45,742 bases of DNA from Hyphomicrobiales bacterium. GTDB taxonomy: Bacteria; Pseudomonadota; Alphaproteobacteria; Rhizobiales; Beijerinckiaceae. The stretch covers positions 1-45,742 of the forward strand of contig JAATEW010000036.1 of NCBI GenBank assembly GCA_015655535.1, read 5' to 3'. Under the pieces are notes generated by a model. It worked only from the letters and a program-made list of their open reading frames with translations, was not told the DNA's origin and made no database searches. Of this stretch, positions 1 through 10,652 are shown in pieces. Made by a program: the position numbers and the translations under genes. Positions within the stretch are counted from its first letter, which is position 1. Each line of letters starts with the position of its first letter.

Positions 1-918
1 CCTTATGGGAGTCTGTCCGGGAGCTCTCACGGTCACCGTCATGTTGATGCCGAATTCGGCGGAGCTCGGCGCGCCGGTATTGGGAAAAGTCAGCGAGCCG
101 CCCGAAGCGGCCGCCATCGTATTGACCGGTCTGAATTGCGCCAATAGAGCGGGAGTCAAGCCGAGTATCACGCTTGGACCGCAAGAGGACAGGACGCATT
201 GACTGGGCTGAGGCCCGTTTACCGACGAGCCCTGGACCGGGGCGCCCCCGGTATTCACGCTGCTGAGCGATTGACCATTCGCCGCAACGACGTAGCCCGC
301 CGTCGTGCCGGGTACGACGGCCTGGCCGAGTATGCTGCCATAGGTGGCCGTCGCGCCGTTCGTGCCGGTCGCCTGACTGACCATAGTACCGGCACCGAAA
401 ATGCCATAGACGCCGCCGAACACGCCGGGAATGGACTGAAGGGGGAGCGACGTGTCGTAGGTTTTGGTCCCGTCGGTATGTTGGTAGACGGCATTCATAG
501 TGAAAGTCGATGGCGCACCCGCCGCTGTCGTTGCATTCAGGGTGACGCCGGACGTGCTCGTCAAGTCCGGATAAAATGTGAGCGACGACGCACCGACGAA
601 ATTGCCGACGAAAGTGTTGGTGGCAGCGTTGTCGCCATATTTATAGACCACCCCCGTCGGCAAATTATCCGCGCTTGCCGGTACAGTGCCAAAAGCACTT
701 GCGGAATAGGCCGCGTTGAAAAGATTTGAACCCGTGTCGAACAAATAAGACCGTTGCGCCCCGCCGCCGATGCCGACGTTGATGATGAGGCGGACGCCTT
801 GGGAACTCTCGACCAATTGCAGCGGGATATCGACCGATTGCGCTATCGCATCCGGCGCAGCGAAAGAGCTGAACGCAAGGGCGAGCATTGCGCCTTTTGC
901 AACTGCAACATGACTCAT
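1..918 (-). CDS. Secreted protein with an N-terminal pepsin-like aspartic peptidase domain (runs off the left edge; possibly an autotransporter passenger or surface protein)
   Basis: Hand-translated because it is absent from the ORF track. ATG at 918, frame open to base 1: MSHVAVAKGAMLALAFSSFAAPDAIA|QSVDIPLQLVESSQGVRLIINVGIGGGAQRSYLFDTGSNLFNAAY...YKYGD...YGIFGAG... It has a signal peptide, an FDTGS catalytic motif, a flap-like YGD and a GIFGAG psi-loop, and is rich in G/S/T/A. Confidence 0.75.
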   Translation of the reverse strand, partial: MSHVAVAKGAMLALAFSSFAAPDAIAQSVDIPLQLVESSQGVRLIINVGIGGGAQRSYLFDTGSNLFNAAYSASAFGTVPASADNLPTGVVYKYGDNAATNTFVGNFVGASSLTFYPDLTSTSGVTLNATTAAGAPSTFTMNAVYQHTDGTKTYDTSLPLQSIPGVFGGVYGIFGAGTMVSQATGTNGATATYGSILGQAVVPGTTAGYVVAANGQSLSSVNTGGAPVQGSSVNGPQPSQCVLSSCGPSVILGLTPALLAQFRPVNTMAAASGGSLTFPNTGAPSSAEFGINMTVTVRAPGQTPIR

Positions 919-1130
919 AACGCAACCCGATTTAGCCCCGCTTCTCCATCCATGCCGCGACAAGATCGGGCTGGGTGACTCTGAAATTCCAGCGAGGGCA
1001 ACGCTTAATAATCTTTGCCCATATAACGCCGGCATGACGGCGCCAAGTGGCTCCGCCAACTTGATAGCCGCGCAAAGGCCGGCAATATCGAGAAAAACGC
1101 GACTGTGCCATAAGGGCAACTATCGCGAAG

Positions 1131-2651
1131 CTATTTGCCCAGGATCGCGATCGCAGGTTCCCGCCCGATCTGCCGCGCCAATTGCTTCAATCGGTTCATC
1201 AGCCGGTCGCCGGCGAGATCGGCGAGATCGCCAGGCAACGTCAAAACGAGCTTCGTCTTCTGACAAGCGAGAGGCGTGCGCGGCAAGACGCCAGGCATCG
1301 CCGCCGAGATGATAAAGGCGACGCGCGCGGCAGCGCCGAAAATGCGGGCCCGGTCGAGCATGCGCGCCGAGACGAGGGAGCGCAATTGCGGGCTGATGTC
1401 TTCTTCCGCGCTCAAATGCCGGTAGGAAGTGGCGAGCGCCAGAAAGGCGCGCGCCGCATGATCGATCCCCATGAAGGAGGCATTGGCCACCATGTTGAGG
1501 CTTTGCTCGCCGCGATAATCCGGATGCGCGCGCCAATTGACGTCGGCGAGAAGCGATGCCGCGTGGCGCAGGCGCTTTTCTTCCGGTGTCTCTTCGAGAT
1601 GCGTCGACTTCATGAAATGATCGGTCCAGACGCAGAGCTCTTCGCCCGCAGCCGGTGCGCGCGACAAGAGGTCGTTCAATTCGCGCGCGGTGACGAGCAA
1701 AGGATCGAGACGCCGCTGTGCCTCGTCGAGCTTTTCGTAAATAAGGCCTTCGCGCACGCCGGCGGTCGAAATGACGATCTCGCTCGGATGCGCGATCTGA
1801 ATGATCTCTTCGAGAACGACGGCGCCATAGGCGAGCAGCGGCCGCCGCGCCGCATTGACGGAGGCGATGGAGTTCAAAGCCTCGGTGTTGACGCGCTCGA
1901 CGAGGCCCGCGAAAGCCGCCGCGTCCTGGGCGGGAATGACATAGCCATGCATGACCGGCAAAGGATAGTTGCGCTGGTGCATGTGAAGCTTGGCAAGCGC
2001 GCGCCAAGTGCCGCCGACGGCATAGAAGGTGCGGCCCTGAAGCTTTTCGAGAATCTTGCAGCGCGATAGCGCATCGCGCACGATCTTCACAGCGGCGCGG
2101 GGCGAACGCTCGGAGGCGTCCATCAAAGCAAGACCGCCCAGCGGCAGGGTCGCGCCCTTGCCGAGATGCGCGACTTTCACATCGATCAATTCGAGCGAGC
2201 CGCCGCCGAGATCGCCGACAATACCGTTCGGCTTATAAATTCCCGAGATGACACCCAGCGCCGAAAGCTGCGCTTCGCGCTCGCCCGAAAGAAGCGCGAT
2301 CGGCGCACCGATCGCCTCCTCCGCGGCCTTCACAAACTCCGGTCCGTTCGAGGCATCCCGCGCGGCCGCGGTCGCGACGACATAGACGTCGTTTGCTCCC
2401 ATCAAATCGATGAGAACGCGAAAACGCCGCAGCGCCGTCAGCGCCTTTTCCATCCCCGACTTCGGCAATTTGCCGGTGGTCAGAACGCCGTGACCGAGCG
2501 CGCAAAGGGATTTTTCGTTGAAGATCTGATTCGGCGAGCGCGACGGGCCCTCATAGGCGACCAATCGCACCGAGTTCGATCCTATGTCGACGATGGCAAG
2601 TGGACGACGGGCCGCGGGCAGGCGCGCCGACAAAGCGTCTGAAACCTGCAT
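1131..2651 (-). CDS. ppx: Exopolyphosphatase (Ppx/GppA family)
   Basis: ASKHA motifs VDIGSNSVRL, ATAAARDA, GEREA and DLGGGSLE. Start moved to ATG 2651, just after the ppk stop; the ORF-track start at 2720 overlaps ppk. Confidence 0.95.
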   Translation of the reverse strand: MQVSDALSARLPAARRPLAIVDIGSNSVRLVAYEGPSRSPNQIFNEKSLCALGHGVLTTGKLPKSGMEKALTALRRFRVLIDLMGANDVYVVATAAARDASNGPEFVKAAEEAIGAPIALLSGEREAQLSALGVISGIYKPNGIVGDLGGGSLELIDVKVAHLGKGATLPLGGLALMDASERSPRAAVKIVRDALSRCKILEKLQGRTFYAVGGTWRALAKLHMHQRNYPLPVMHGYVIPAQDAAAFAGLVERVNTEALNSIASVNAARRPLLAYGAVVLEEIIQIAHPSEIVISTAGVREGLIYEKLDEAQRRLDPLLVTARELNDLLSRAPAAGEELCVWTDHFMKSTHLEETPEEKRLRHAASLLADVNWRAHPDYRGEQSLNMVANASFMGIDHAARAFLALATSYRHLSAEEDISPQLRSLVSARMLDRARIFGAAARVAFIISAAMPGVLPRTPLACQKTKLVLTLPGDLADLAGDRLMNRLKQLARQIGREPAIAILGK

Positions 2652-2658
2652 CGATGGT

Positions 2659-4965
2659 TCAGCGGGCTTCCAAACGTTTGAGGAGCGTCTTGGGACTAGA
2701 TTCCTTAAGGGATTTCCCACGGCCGGACAGACTCGGATTTGTCATGAAGTAAGAATGGGCGTTGAAAGGCTCTTCGCCCGGCTGCGTTGATATGCGCGCG
2801 CTCGAACCATCCGGCAAGACCCGGTAACTTTGTTGATTGTCGAGCATGTTGGCAAGAAGAATTTGATCGAGAACCTGCTCATGCACAGTCGGATTGAGAA
2901 TGGGGCACAGAACTTCGACGCGGCGGTCAAGGTTGCGCGGCATCAGATCGGCCGAGGAAATATAGACATGGGCTTTTGGATGCGGCAGATCGTGACCGCC
3001 GCCGAACGCATAGACGCGCGCATGTTCCAGAAAACGCCCGATGATTGATTTCACGCGGATGTTTTCGGAGAGGCCGTTCACGCCAGGCCGCAGGCAGCAA
3101 ATGCCGCGGATGACGAGATCGATTTTCACGCCGGCCTGGCTTGCCTCATAAAAGGCATCGATGATTTCCGGATCGACGAGAGCGTTGCATTTGCACCAAA
3201 TATTGGCCGGCTTGCCGGCTTTGGCAAAAGCGATTTCCTGATGGATATGGGAGAGGAGCTTCTTCTTGAGCGAGATCGGCGAAACCGACATCCGCTCGAG
3301 TCCCGCCGGTTCGGCATAGCCCGTGATGAAATTGAAGATGCGCGACACGTCCCGCCCGATGACAGGGTCGGCCGTGAAGAAGGAAATATCCGTATAGATC
3401 CGCGCGGTCACCGGATGATAATTGCCCGTGCCGACGTGGCAATAAGTGATCAAAGTGCCGGCTTCGCGGCGCACGACCATGGATAATTTGCCATGCGTCT
3501 TGAGCTCGATGAAGCCGAAGACGACTTGTGCGCCGGCGCGTTCGAGATCGCGCGCCCAGCGGATATTGGCCTCTTCGTCGAAACGCGCCTTCAATTCGAC
3601 AAGTGCCGTCACCGACTTGCCGGCCTCGGCCGCTTCGATCAGAGCGCGCACGATCGGGCTATTGGACGAGGTGCGGTAGAGCGTCTGCTTGATCGCGACG
3701 ACGTTCGGATCGCGCGCCGCCTGATCCAGGAACTGGACCACGACGTCGAAGGATTCATAAGGGTGGTGGACGACCAGATCCTTCTGGCGGATGGCCAAAA
3801 AACAATCGCCGCCATTATCGCGCACGCGTTCCGGAAAGCGCGGATTATACGGCTTGAACTTCAAGTCCGGGCGGTCGAGGCCAACAACTTCGTTGAGATC
3901 GTTCAGAGCAAGCATGCCGTCGAGGACGAAGACCTCCTCAGGCGCGACGTCGAGTTCCTCCGACACGAAGACGCGCAGCTCGTCGGGCATCATGCTGTCG
4001 AATTCCGCCCGGATGACGGAACCGCGCCGTCGCCGCTTCAAAGCGCTCTCGAAAAACAGGACGAGATCTTCGGCTTCTTCCTCCACTTCGAGATCGCTGT
4101 CGCGTATGATCCGGAAGAGCCCCTGCCCGCGCACGAGATAGCCTGGAAACAGGCTTTGCGTGAAGATGCTGATGAGATTTTCAAGCGAGATGAACCGCTG
4201 GCCGCTCTCGCCAAGCTCATCGGGGAGCCGGATGAAGCGGCTGATCTTGGCCGGCAGCCTGATCAGCGCGCGCAAGCTTTTATGTTCGCCGGGCTGGACC
4301 AATTCGAGCGCGATCGTCGCCCCGAGATTGGGGATGAAGGGGAAAGGATGCGCCGGATCGACCGCGAGCGGCGTCAAGACCGGGAAAATATAGGCGAGAA
4401 AATGCTGCTCGAGCCAAGTCCTCTCGGCTTCGCTGAGATCCTTCGGATCGACGATGACAATGTTGACGCCGTTCAGTTCCTGGCGCAATTCGCGCCAGCG
4501 CCGCTGCTGTTCGGCGGCGAGCAGGCCGACGCGCTCGCGGACCTTGGTCAATTGTTCCGGCGGCGTCAGGCCGTCTTCGGAGGCCGTGCTGATTCCGGCG
4601 AGAACCTGGCCGCGCAGACCCGCCACCCGCACCATGAAGAATTCATCGAGATTATTGGCTGAAATCGACAAAAATCGAAGTTGCTCAAGCAGCGGATGAT
4701 TGCGATTGGAGGCTTCTTCAAGGACGCGCCGGTTGAATTCGAGCCAGGACAATTCGCGATTGATGAAGCGTTGTGGCGACTGAGCAAGCTCGGCCGGCCG
4801 GGCGGCAATATCGCCAAGGTCGTCCATGACCGGAATAGAAGCCGCGGGTGATCCTTCGGTCGAAAGACCCTGCGCGTCCGCCGGGCGCGCCTCGAGTACC
4901 GGGCTGTCCATTTTTGCGCTCCGGTCGGCCTCGGCCAATTTGCGCTCTTCCGCTTGCGCGCTCAC
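2659..4965 (-). CDS. ppk1: Polyphosphate kinase 1
   Basis: [23 protein letters not shown] (phospho-His), [17 protein letters not shown] and [17 protein letters not shown] start at 4965 is preceded by an AAGGAGG RBS. Confidence 0.97.
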   Translation of the reverse strand: MSAQAEERKLAEADRSAKMDSPVLEARPADAQGLSTEGSPAASIPVMDDLGDIAARPAELAQSPQRFINRELSWLEFNRRVLEEASNRNHPLLEQLRFLSISANNLDEFFMVRVAGLRGQVLAGISTASEDGLTPPEQLTKVRERVGLLAAEQQRRWRELRQELNGVNIVIVDPKDLSEAERTWLEQHFLAYIFPVLTPLAVDPAHPFPFIPNLGATIALELVQPGEHKSLRALIRLPAKISRFIRLPDELGESGQRFISLENLISIFTQSLFPGYLVRGQGLFRIIRDSDLEVEEEAEDLVLFFESALKRRRRGSVIRAEFDSMMPDELRVFVSEELDVAPEEVFVLDGMLALNDLNEVVGLDRPDLKFKPYNPRFPERVRDNGGDCFLAIRQKDLVVHHPYESFDVVVQFLDQAARDPNVVAIKQTLYRTSSNSPIVRALIEAAEAGKSVTALVELKARFDEEANIRWARDLERAGAQVVFGFIELKTHGKLSMVVRREAGTLITYCHVGTGNYHPVTARIYTDISFFTADPVIGRDVSRIFNFITGYAEPAGLERMSVSPISLKKKLLSHIHQEIAFAKAGKPANIWCKCNALVDPEIIDAFYEASQAGVKIDLVIRGICCLRPGVNGLSENIRVKSIIGRFLEHARVYAFGGGHDLPHPKAHVYISSADLMPRNLDRRVEVLCPILNPTVHEQVLDQILLANMLDNQQSYRVLPDGSSARISTQPGEEPFNAHSYFMTNPSLSGRGKSLKESSPKTLLKRLEAR

Positions 4966-5172
4966 ACTATGCCTCCTTCGAAATTTCTTGCCGACGCTGG
5001 TCGAATTTCGTGACGATAGCATGACTTAAGCTTTTCCTCTCTGGCAAATCCGATTGAAATTTATCTGAAATGAAGACGTTTGATTTTGCCCGCTCGCGCA
5101 ATGGACGCGGAGAACGGCACCGCTCGGCGACGAAGATGTCCCCACATTAAACGCAGTAAGAGGGAAAACCGG

Positions 5173-5976
5173 ATGAGCATCTCGCGATATGTTTTGCCGG
5201 TCTGTGCCGGTGTCGGCTTTTTTCTGGCCGCGTCGCAAGGGCCGCGTGCGGCTTCGCTCGAAACCCTCTATCGGACTCTGGCCTCGAAAAACTATGTCGA
5301 TCTTACCCATAGTTTCGGGCCGGCGACTCCCGTCTGGGCGGGCTTTCCACAAGCCAAAATGAGCCCCGCCGCCGATCCCAAGACGAAAGAGCCTTACACC
5401 ATTCAAAAGGACGGCTTTCGCGCGACTTTCTACGAAATGGTCGGTCAATATGGCACACATGTCGATCCGCCGGCGCATTTTTCGGAAACCGGCGCCACGA
5501 TGGACCAGATTTCCTTAAAGGACATGATTCTGCCGCTCGTCGTTTTCGACGAGACGCCATTGCTCGCCCACGATCCGAACCACGCCTTTTCGCTCGAAGA
5601 CCTCCATGCCTGGGAGAAGCAACACGGCCGCGTGCCGAAGGGCGCTTTCGCCGCCTTGCGCACCGATATGTCGAAAGACTGGGATAAAGACCCCGAGCGC
5701 TTCAAGCGGTCGCCCTTCCCGGCCTGGTCGCTCGCCGCGGTCAAGTTTCTGGTCGAGCAGCGCGGCATCACGGCGATCGGCCATGAGTCGATGGACAGCG
5801 ACACGACCGAGAAAATGGAGACCGAGACCTATATTCTGCGAACCGGCCATTACCAGATCGAGATCATGGACAATCTCGACAAGGTTCCGGCCAAGGGCGC
5901 TTTGATTGTCGTGACCTGGCCGAAGGTCAGAAACGGACTCGGCTTTCCTGCCCGGGCCTTCGCGATCCTGCCGTAG
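5173..5976 (+). CDS. Exported cyclase-family (kynurenine formamidase-like) metal hydrolase
   Basis: YVDLTH, QYGTHVDPPAHF (variant of HxGTHxDxPxH) and G..FPARAFA at the C-terminus; N-terminal signal peptide from ATG 5173. Confidence 0.85.
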   Translation: MSISRYVLPVCAGVGFFLAASQGPRAASLETLYRTLASKNYVDLTHSFGPATPVWAGFPQAKMSPAADPKTKEPYTIQKDGFRATFYEMVGQYGTHVDPPAHFSETGATMDQISLKDMILPLVVFDETPLLAHDPNHAFSLEDLHAWEKQHGRVPKGAFAALRTDMSKDWDKDPERFKRSPFPAWSLAAVKFLVEQRGITAIGHESMDSDTTEKMETETYILRTGHYQIEIMDNLDKVPAKGALIVVTWPKVRNGLGFPARAFAILP

Positions 5977-6025
5977 ATCATGTTCCCACAAAGTTGTTCG
6001 ACTTTTTGGATGAGAACTCGCTCTA
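5974..6025. repeat. Short palindromic intergenic repeat (TAGATCATGTTC...GAACTCGCTCTA), CIR/Bru-RS-like
   Basis: Imperfect inverted repeat that begins at the TAG stop of the cyclase gene and ends GCTCTA; it shares end motifs with other repeats in the window. Confidence 0.65.
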
Positions 6026-6044
6026 GAGCGTCGGAATAAAGAGC

Positions 6045-6188
6045 CTATTTTTGCGCCGGCTGGCTTTCGTAGCAGCTATGCGGCAGCGTCGGGGCCTGAA
6101 ATTGCACGGGATCGCCGCATTTGTCGCAGGCCGCGACAAGCAGCGTCAATCCGATCAGAGCCGTGATCCGCAACCCTAAGCTACGCAT
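6045..6188 (-). CDS. Small Cys-containing lipoprotein (47 aa)
   Basis: MRSLGLRITALIGLTLLVAA|CDKCGDPVQFQAPTLPHSCYESQPAQK: basic N-terminus, hydrophobic core and a VAAC lipobox. Confidence 0.7.
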   Translation of the reverse strand: MRSLGLRITALIGLTLLVAACDKCGDPVQFQAPTLPHSCYESQPAQK

Positions 6189-6321
6189 TGATCGCGGTCC
6201 CCGATTGTGCCTCATGAACGCGGAAATCACTGCCCATAGATCCAGAACCATCTCGAACGAGGCCATTTTATTGAGCAATTCTTAATAATAATCCGTCACC
6301 TTCTCAAGCACGTTTTCCGCT

Positions 6322-6430
6322 TAGAGCGGGGGTGAGGAAAAGCGGTAGCCCATCCGGCTGTTGCCGAGATGGGCCTCTTGCAGCAATCATATCAGGCAGG
6401 CTTGGCATGATGTGCCCATATCCCGCTCTA
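6322..6430. mobile_element. MITE-like element with TAGAGCGGG/CCCGCTCTA ends
   Basis: Perfect 9-bp terminal inverted repeats ending in TA, an internal hairpin GCCCATC...GATGGGC, and no coding capacity. Confidence 0.55.
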
Positions 6431-6443
6431 TACTTATGAAATC

Positions 6444-6496
6444 GATCACGTTTTATGACTTTGGATGTTGTCATCCAAAAAATCATCATCGTGATC
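6444..6496. repeat. Palindromic repeat GATCACG...TTTGGATG/CATCCAAA...CGTGATC
   Basis: Nested inverted repeat just upstream of the PilZ gene, related to the TAGATCACG-type repeat at 14733. Confidence 0.6.
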
Positions 6497-6518
6497 TTGA
6501 GGTTTTAAGAGCAATATC

Positions 6519-6926
6519 ATGCCGGAAGTACGACGGGCCGAACGAGTCAAAAGCTTTCTACGCGCCCAGATCATCTTCAATCATCGCATGTCGACGATCG
6601 AATGCGTCGTGAAAAACATTTCGTCTCAGGGCGCCAAGATCGCGCTTGGCGACTCGCTGTCCGTTCCGAGCGAGTTCGAGCTTTATATTCCGCAAAAGGG
6701 CCGCAGCTATCGCGCGCGCCTCGCTTGGCGTGACGCCACTGCCATCGGCGTCGAGTTCATAACCGCGGAAGCTCAGGCAGCCGAGGCACGGGAAATGGCG
6801 GGAGAAGCGCTCGAGTCGCGCCTGGAAATGCTTGAAAAGCAGAATGCCGAACTCAAAATCCGCATTCGCGAACTCAGCAAACGCCTCGAGGATCTGGGCC
6901 AGGATCCAAATATCGCAGCCGCCTAG
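6519..6926 (+). CDS. PilZ-domain (c-di-GMP binding) protein with a C-terminal coiled coil
   Basis: RRAER (RxxxR) and NISSQG (D/NxSxxG) motifs; heptad tail LESRLEMLEKQNAELKIRIRELSKRL. Confidence 0.9.
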   Translation: MPEVRRAERVKSFLRAQIIFNHRMSTIECVVKNISSQGAKIALGDSLSVPSEFELYIPQKGRSYRARLAWRDATAIGVEFITAEAQAAEAREMAGEALESRLEMLEKQNAELKIRIRELSKRLEDLGQDPNIAAA

Positions 6927-6939
6927 AGGTTCTGCCCCG

Positions 6940-7623
6940 TTACGCTAATTCGACGACGGCCCCGTCGCGTAAGGTGACACGCCGATCCATGCGCTGCGCG
7001 AGATCCATATTATGCGTCGCGATAAGTGCCGCGAGGCCCGTCGCCTTGACCAGACCACTCAGCGCCTCGAACACATGATCGGCGGTGTGCAGGTCGAGAT
7101 TTCCGGTCGGCTCATCGGCCAAAAGAACACCGGGGTTATTGGCAACCGCCCGCGCGATCGCGACGCGCTGCTGTTCGCCGCCGGACAATTCCGACGGCCG
7201 GTGCTTCAATCGCGCGCCGAGACCGAGATAATCGAGAAGGTCGCTGGCGCGCTTTTGCGCCTCCTTGCGCTGCAATCCGGCGATCATTTGCGGCAAGACG
7301 ACATTCTCGACCGCCGTGAACTCCGGCAAGAGATGATGGAATTGATAGACGAAGCCGATGCCGTTGCGGCGCAGCGCCGTGCGCTCGTCATCGGCCATAT
7401 GCGTGGTGGGGCGCCCGCCGACAAAGACTTCGCCGGCGTCGGGCTTTTCGAGCAGCCCTGCGATATGAAGCAAAGTGGATTTGCCCGCGCCTGACGGTGC
7501 GACAAGCGCCACGGATTGCCCCGGCCAAAGGCCGAAATCGACGCCGCGCAACACGTCAAGCGACGCGTCGGCCTGTTTATAGCTGCGGCCAACCTTGTCG
7601 AGATGAAGAGCCGGAGCGGTCAT
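6940..7623 (-). CDS. lolD: Lipoprotein-releasing ABC transporter ATPase
   Basis: [18 protein letters not shown] (LolD motif), [10 protein letters not shown] and [10 protein letters not shown]. Confidence 0.95.
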   Translation of the reverse strand: MTAPALHLDKVGRSYKQADASLDVLRGVDFGLWPGQSVALVAPSGAGKSTLLHIAGLLEKPDAGEVFVGGRPTTHMADDERTALRRNGIGFVYQFHHLLPEFTAVENVVLPQMIAGLQRKEAQKRASDLLDYLGLGARLKHRPSELSGGEQQRVAIARAVANNPGVLLADEPTGNLDLHTADHVFEALSGLVKATGLAALIATHNMDLAQRMDRRVTLRDGAVVELA

Positions 7624-7625
7624 GA

Positions 7626-8927
7626 TTATTCGTAACGCAACGCCTCGACCGGATCGAGCCGCGCGGCGCGCCAGGACGGATAGATCGTCGCGAGTATGGA
7701 AAGAGCAAGCGTCATGGACACGACAGCGGCGACATCGCGCGGATCGACGATCGAGGGCAGCCGTGACAGAAAATAAAGCTCCGCCGGAAACAGATTGGCG
7801 TGAAAGAGGTTGTTGATGATCTCCCGCATCGCCTCGAGATTATTTGCGATCAAAAGCCCGAGGCCGAATCCCGCCAAGGTCCCGGCGACGCCGATGGACG
7901 CGCCGGTGATCAAGAAAATCCGCATCACGGCGCCGCGTGTAGCTCCGATAGTGCGCAGGATCGCGATGTCGCTCGACTTGTCGTTCACGAGCATGATGAG
8001 GCCGGAGACGATGTTGAGCGCGGCGACGAGCACGATCAAGGTCAAGATGATGAACATCACATTGCTTTCGACCTTCAAGGCATCGAAGAAAGATTTGTTG
8101 CGCTCACGCCAATCGGTCATGATGATCGGCCGCGCGACCACCGCCTCGATCTTGTCGCGCATTTCATCGATCGCTTCGGGATTGCGCAGGAACAACTCGA
8201 CGACGGTGGCTTCGCCCTCTTTGTTGAAGAAGGCTTGCGCTTCCGGCAGCGGCATATAGACGAAGAGATTGTCGAATTCCGCCATGCCGATCTGGAAGAT
8301 CGCGACGATCGGATAGGATTTGATGCGCGGCGCCATGCCAAAGGGTGTCTGTGGACCTTTTGCCGTCAGAATCGTGATCTTGTCGCCGACTCGAAGGCTC
8401 AGATTCTCGGCCATCCGTTGACCGATCGCGACGCCGCCTGCCTGATCGAAGCCGTCGAGCGTCCCGACCCTGACGTTGCCGGCGATGCCCGGCAGTTTCT
8501 TGATGTCGGCTTCGCCGATGCCGCGCACCAGCGCGCCCGCTTGATTATAGGGCGAAGAGACGCCGGCCGCACCCTCGATCAGAGGAATGGCCAGATTGAC
8601 GCCCGGCACTTTCGCGACCGTGGCGGCGACGTCTTTATAATCGGTCAGCGGCGTATCGGCGGCTTGCAGAAAAATATGGCCGTTGATGCCGACGATCTTG
8701 TCGAGCAATTCCTTGTGGAACCCGTTCATCACCGACATCACAACGATCAGCGTCGCCACGCCCAGCATGATTCCGATCAGCGAAAAGCCGGCGATGACGG
8801 AGACGAATCCGGTCTTCCTGCGCGAGCGCAGATAGCGCAGCGCGATCATCCATTCGAAGGGCGCGAAAGGCCTTGTGCCTTTGGGGCTCGTCATGCCGGC
8901 GATTGGACCACTCCCTTCCAGTGACAC
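7626..8927 (-). CDS. lolE: Lipoprotein-releasing ABC transporter permease (single LolC/E-type subunit)
   Basis: IALRYLR...[19 protein letters not shown] and the C-terminal [18 protein letters not shown]; directly upstream of lolD. Alternative start ATG 8894. Confidence 0.93.
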   Translation of the reverse strand: MSLEGSGPIAGMTSPKGTRPFAPFEWMIALRYLRSRRKTGFVSVIAGFSLIGIMLGVATLIVVMSVMNGFHKELLDKIVGINGHIFLQAADTPLTDYKDVAATVAKVPGVNLAIPLIEGAAGVSSPYNQAGALVRGIGEADIKKLPGIAGNVRVGTLDGFDQAGGVAIGQRMAENLSLRVGDKITILTAKGPQTPFGMAPRIKSYPIVAIFQIGMAEFDNLFVYMPLPEAQAFFNKEGEATVVELFLRNPEAIDEMRDKIEAVVARPIIMTDWRERNKSFFDALKVESNVMFIILTLIVLVAALNIVSGLIMLVNDKSSDIAILRTIGATRGAVMRIFLITGASIGVAGTLAGFGLGLLIANNLEAMREIINNLFHANLFPAELYFLSRLPSIVDPRDVAAVVSMTLALSILATIYPSWRAARLDPVEALRYE

Positions 8928-8965
8928 GTGTCCAAACTACGAACGAAGTCTTGGTTCTAATTTTG

Positions 8966-9008
8966 GAGCATGATCCCGAAAAGTCTGCAACTTTTCGGGA
9001 TCATGCTC
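8966..9008. repeat. Perfect hairpin repeat GAGCATGATCCCGAAAAG-N7-CTTTTCGGGATCATGCTC (CIR/Bru-RS-like)
   Basis: 18-bp perfect inverted repeat between proS and lolE that overlaps the proS stop codon; degenerate copy at about 17727-17765. Confidence 0.8.
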
Positions 9009-10326
9009 ACTCAATAAACCGCGCGATGACATCGGTGACGGGCAGATTTTCCCGCGCGCCCGTCGCCCTCACCTTCAGTTCCACCTTGCCTTCGGCAAGC
9101 CCCTTTGGGCCGACAATCACTTGATAAGGCAGGCCGATGAGATCGAGCCTGGCGAATTTCCCGCCGGGACGCTCATCCGTGTCATCGTATAGAACATCGA
9201 CGCCCGCCTTTTCGAGCGCCGCATAGATCTCCTCGCAGGCTGCGTCCGTCGGGCCGTCGCCGACTTTGAGATTGGCGATACCGACCTTGAAGGGCGCGAC
9301 CGATTCGGGCCAGATGATGCCCGCATCATCATGACAGGCCTCAATCAAGGCGCCGACAAGGCGCGAGACGCCGACGCCATAGGAGCCACATTGGGCGGGC
9401 CGCTCGACGCCGTCCGGCCCGGTGACGGGGGCCTTCATGGGCTTTGTGTATTTGTCGCCGAAGTAAAACACCTGGCCGACTTCGATGCCGCGCGTGTTGA
9501 TGCGTTTTTCGGGCGGCGTCTCGGCCTCGAAACGCGCCGCATCATGGACATCCTCGGTCGCGGCATAAAAGGTCGTCCATTGCTCGATGATCGACGTGAG
9601 ATCGCCGTCGTAATCGACATCGACGCCCGGAATCGGAAGGTCGAGCACATCCGAATTGCAGAAGACGCCGGATTCGCCGGTCTCGGCAAGCACGATGAAT
9701 TCATGGCTGAGGTCGCCGCCGATGGGGCCGGTCTCGGCGCGCATCGGGATCGCCTTCAATCCCATGCGGCCGAAGATGCGCAGATAGGAGACGAACATGC
9801 GATTATAGGAGAGCCGCGCGCCGGCCTCGTCTATGTCGAAGGAATAGGCGTCCTTCATCAGAAATTCGCGGCCGCGCATGACGCCGAAGCGCGGCCTCTG
9901 CTCGTCGCGGAATTTCCATTGAATATGGTAAAGGATTTTCGGCAGATCGCGATAGGACCGCACGGTCGCGCGGAAAATCTCGGTGATCATTTCCTCATTG
10001 GTCGGACCATAGAGCAATTCGCGCTCATGCCGGTCCTTGATCCGCAGCATTTCCGGACCATAGGCATCGTAGCGGCCGCTCTCGCGCCAGAGATCGGCCA
10101 ATTGCAAGGTCGGCATCAAAAGCTCGATGGCGCCTGCCCGGTCCATTTCCTCGCGAACGATGGTTGAGACCTTTTGCAGCACGCGCAGGCCGAGCGGCAG
10201 CCAGGCATAAATGCCGGCCGCTTCCTGGCGGATCATGCCGGCGCGCAGCATCAGGCGATGCGAAACGATCTCGGCCTCTTTCGGGGTCTCGCGCAGGACG
10301 GGTAGGAAATATTTGGAAAGACGCAT
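9007..10326 (-). CDS. proS: Proline--tRNA ligase (short alphaproteobacterial type without the editing domain)
   Basis: MRLSKYFLP..., [40 protein letters not shown] and [10 protein letters not shown]. Confidence 0.97.
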   Translation of the reverse strand: MRLSKYFLPVLRETPKEAEIVSHRLMLRAGMIRQEAAGIYAWLPLGLRVLQKVSTIVREEMDRAGAIELLMPTLQLADLWRESGRYDAYGPEMLRIKDRHERELLYGPTNEEMITEIFRATVRSYRDLPKILYHIQWKFRDEQRPRFGVMRGREFLMKDAYSFDIDEAGARLSYNRMFVSYLRIFGRMGLKAIPMRAETGPIGGDLSHEFIVLAETGESGVFCNSDVLDLPIPGVDVDYDGDLTSIIEQWTTFYAATEDVHDAARFEAETPPEKRINTRGIEVGQVFYFGDKYTKPMKAPVTGPDGVERPAQCGSYGVGVSRLVGALIEACHDDAGIIWPESVAPFKVGIANLKVGDGPTDAACEEIYAALEKAGVDVLYDDTDERPGGKFARLDLIGLPYQVIVGPKGLAEGKVELKVRATGARENLPVTDVIARFIE

Positions 10327-10404
10327 GTGACCGGAGGGCTTGGGAGGAAAGAAAGCAGGATCCGCGTTATATCGGCTTCGTTTTAGACGGAAATAGATAT
10401 TCCG

Positions 10405-10546
10405 GTGTGCGCGAACCTTCTCCCCTTGTGGGAGAAGATGTCATGCGGAGCATGACGGATGAGGGGGCTCACCTGGCATGGCATACCCCTCACCCCGGTC
10501 GGCTCCGCCGACCACCTTCTCCCGCAAGGGGAGAGGGAGCGCACAC
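10405..10546. repeat. REP/RIME-like composite inverted repeat (CCTTCTCCCCTTGTGGGAGAAG...CCTTCTCCCGCAAGGGGAGAGGG)
   Basis: Two inverted units, each made of short hairpins, flanked by GTGTGCGC/GCGCACAC. This is a widespread alphaproteobacterial intergenic repeat architecture; a partial copy lies at about 14826-14847. Confidence 0.8.
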
Positions 10547-10652
10547 TGGCTTTTCCTAACCTTGCTTTGTACGAAAACGTTTCAACGTCGAATCCGGGCA
10601 CACCCAAACGCAAACAAGCTCAAAAGACAAGCGCGGCGGCCTGCCGCGCAGA

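Noticed and set aside
5-978. Plus-strand ORFs 5..202, 199..729 and 754..978
   Set aside because: They are antisense shadows of the minus-strand secreted protease ORF (1..918), which has a signal peptide and family motifs.
1120-4817. Many long alternative-frame ORFs over ppx/ppk (and similarly over purM, hldE, the GT-C gene and the RND gene)
   Set aside because: They are Arg/Ala-rich, motif-free shadows expected in high-GC DNA and overlap confidently identified genes.
10164-10613. Short ORFs between proS and rluC
   Set aside because: They are translations of the REP-like repeat and have no independent coding signal.
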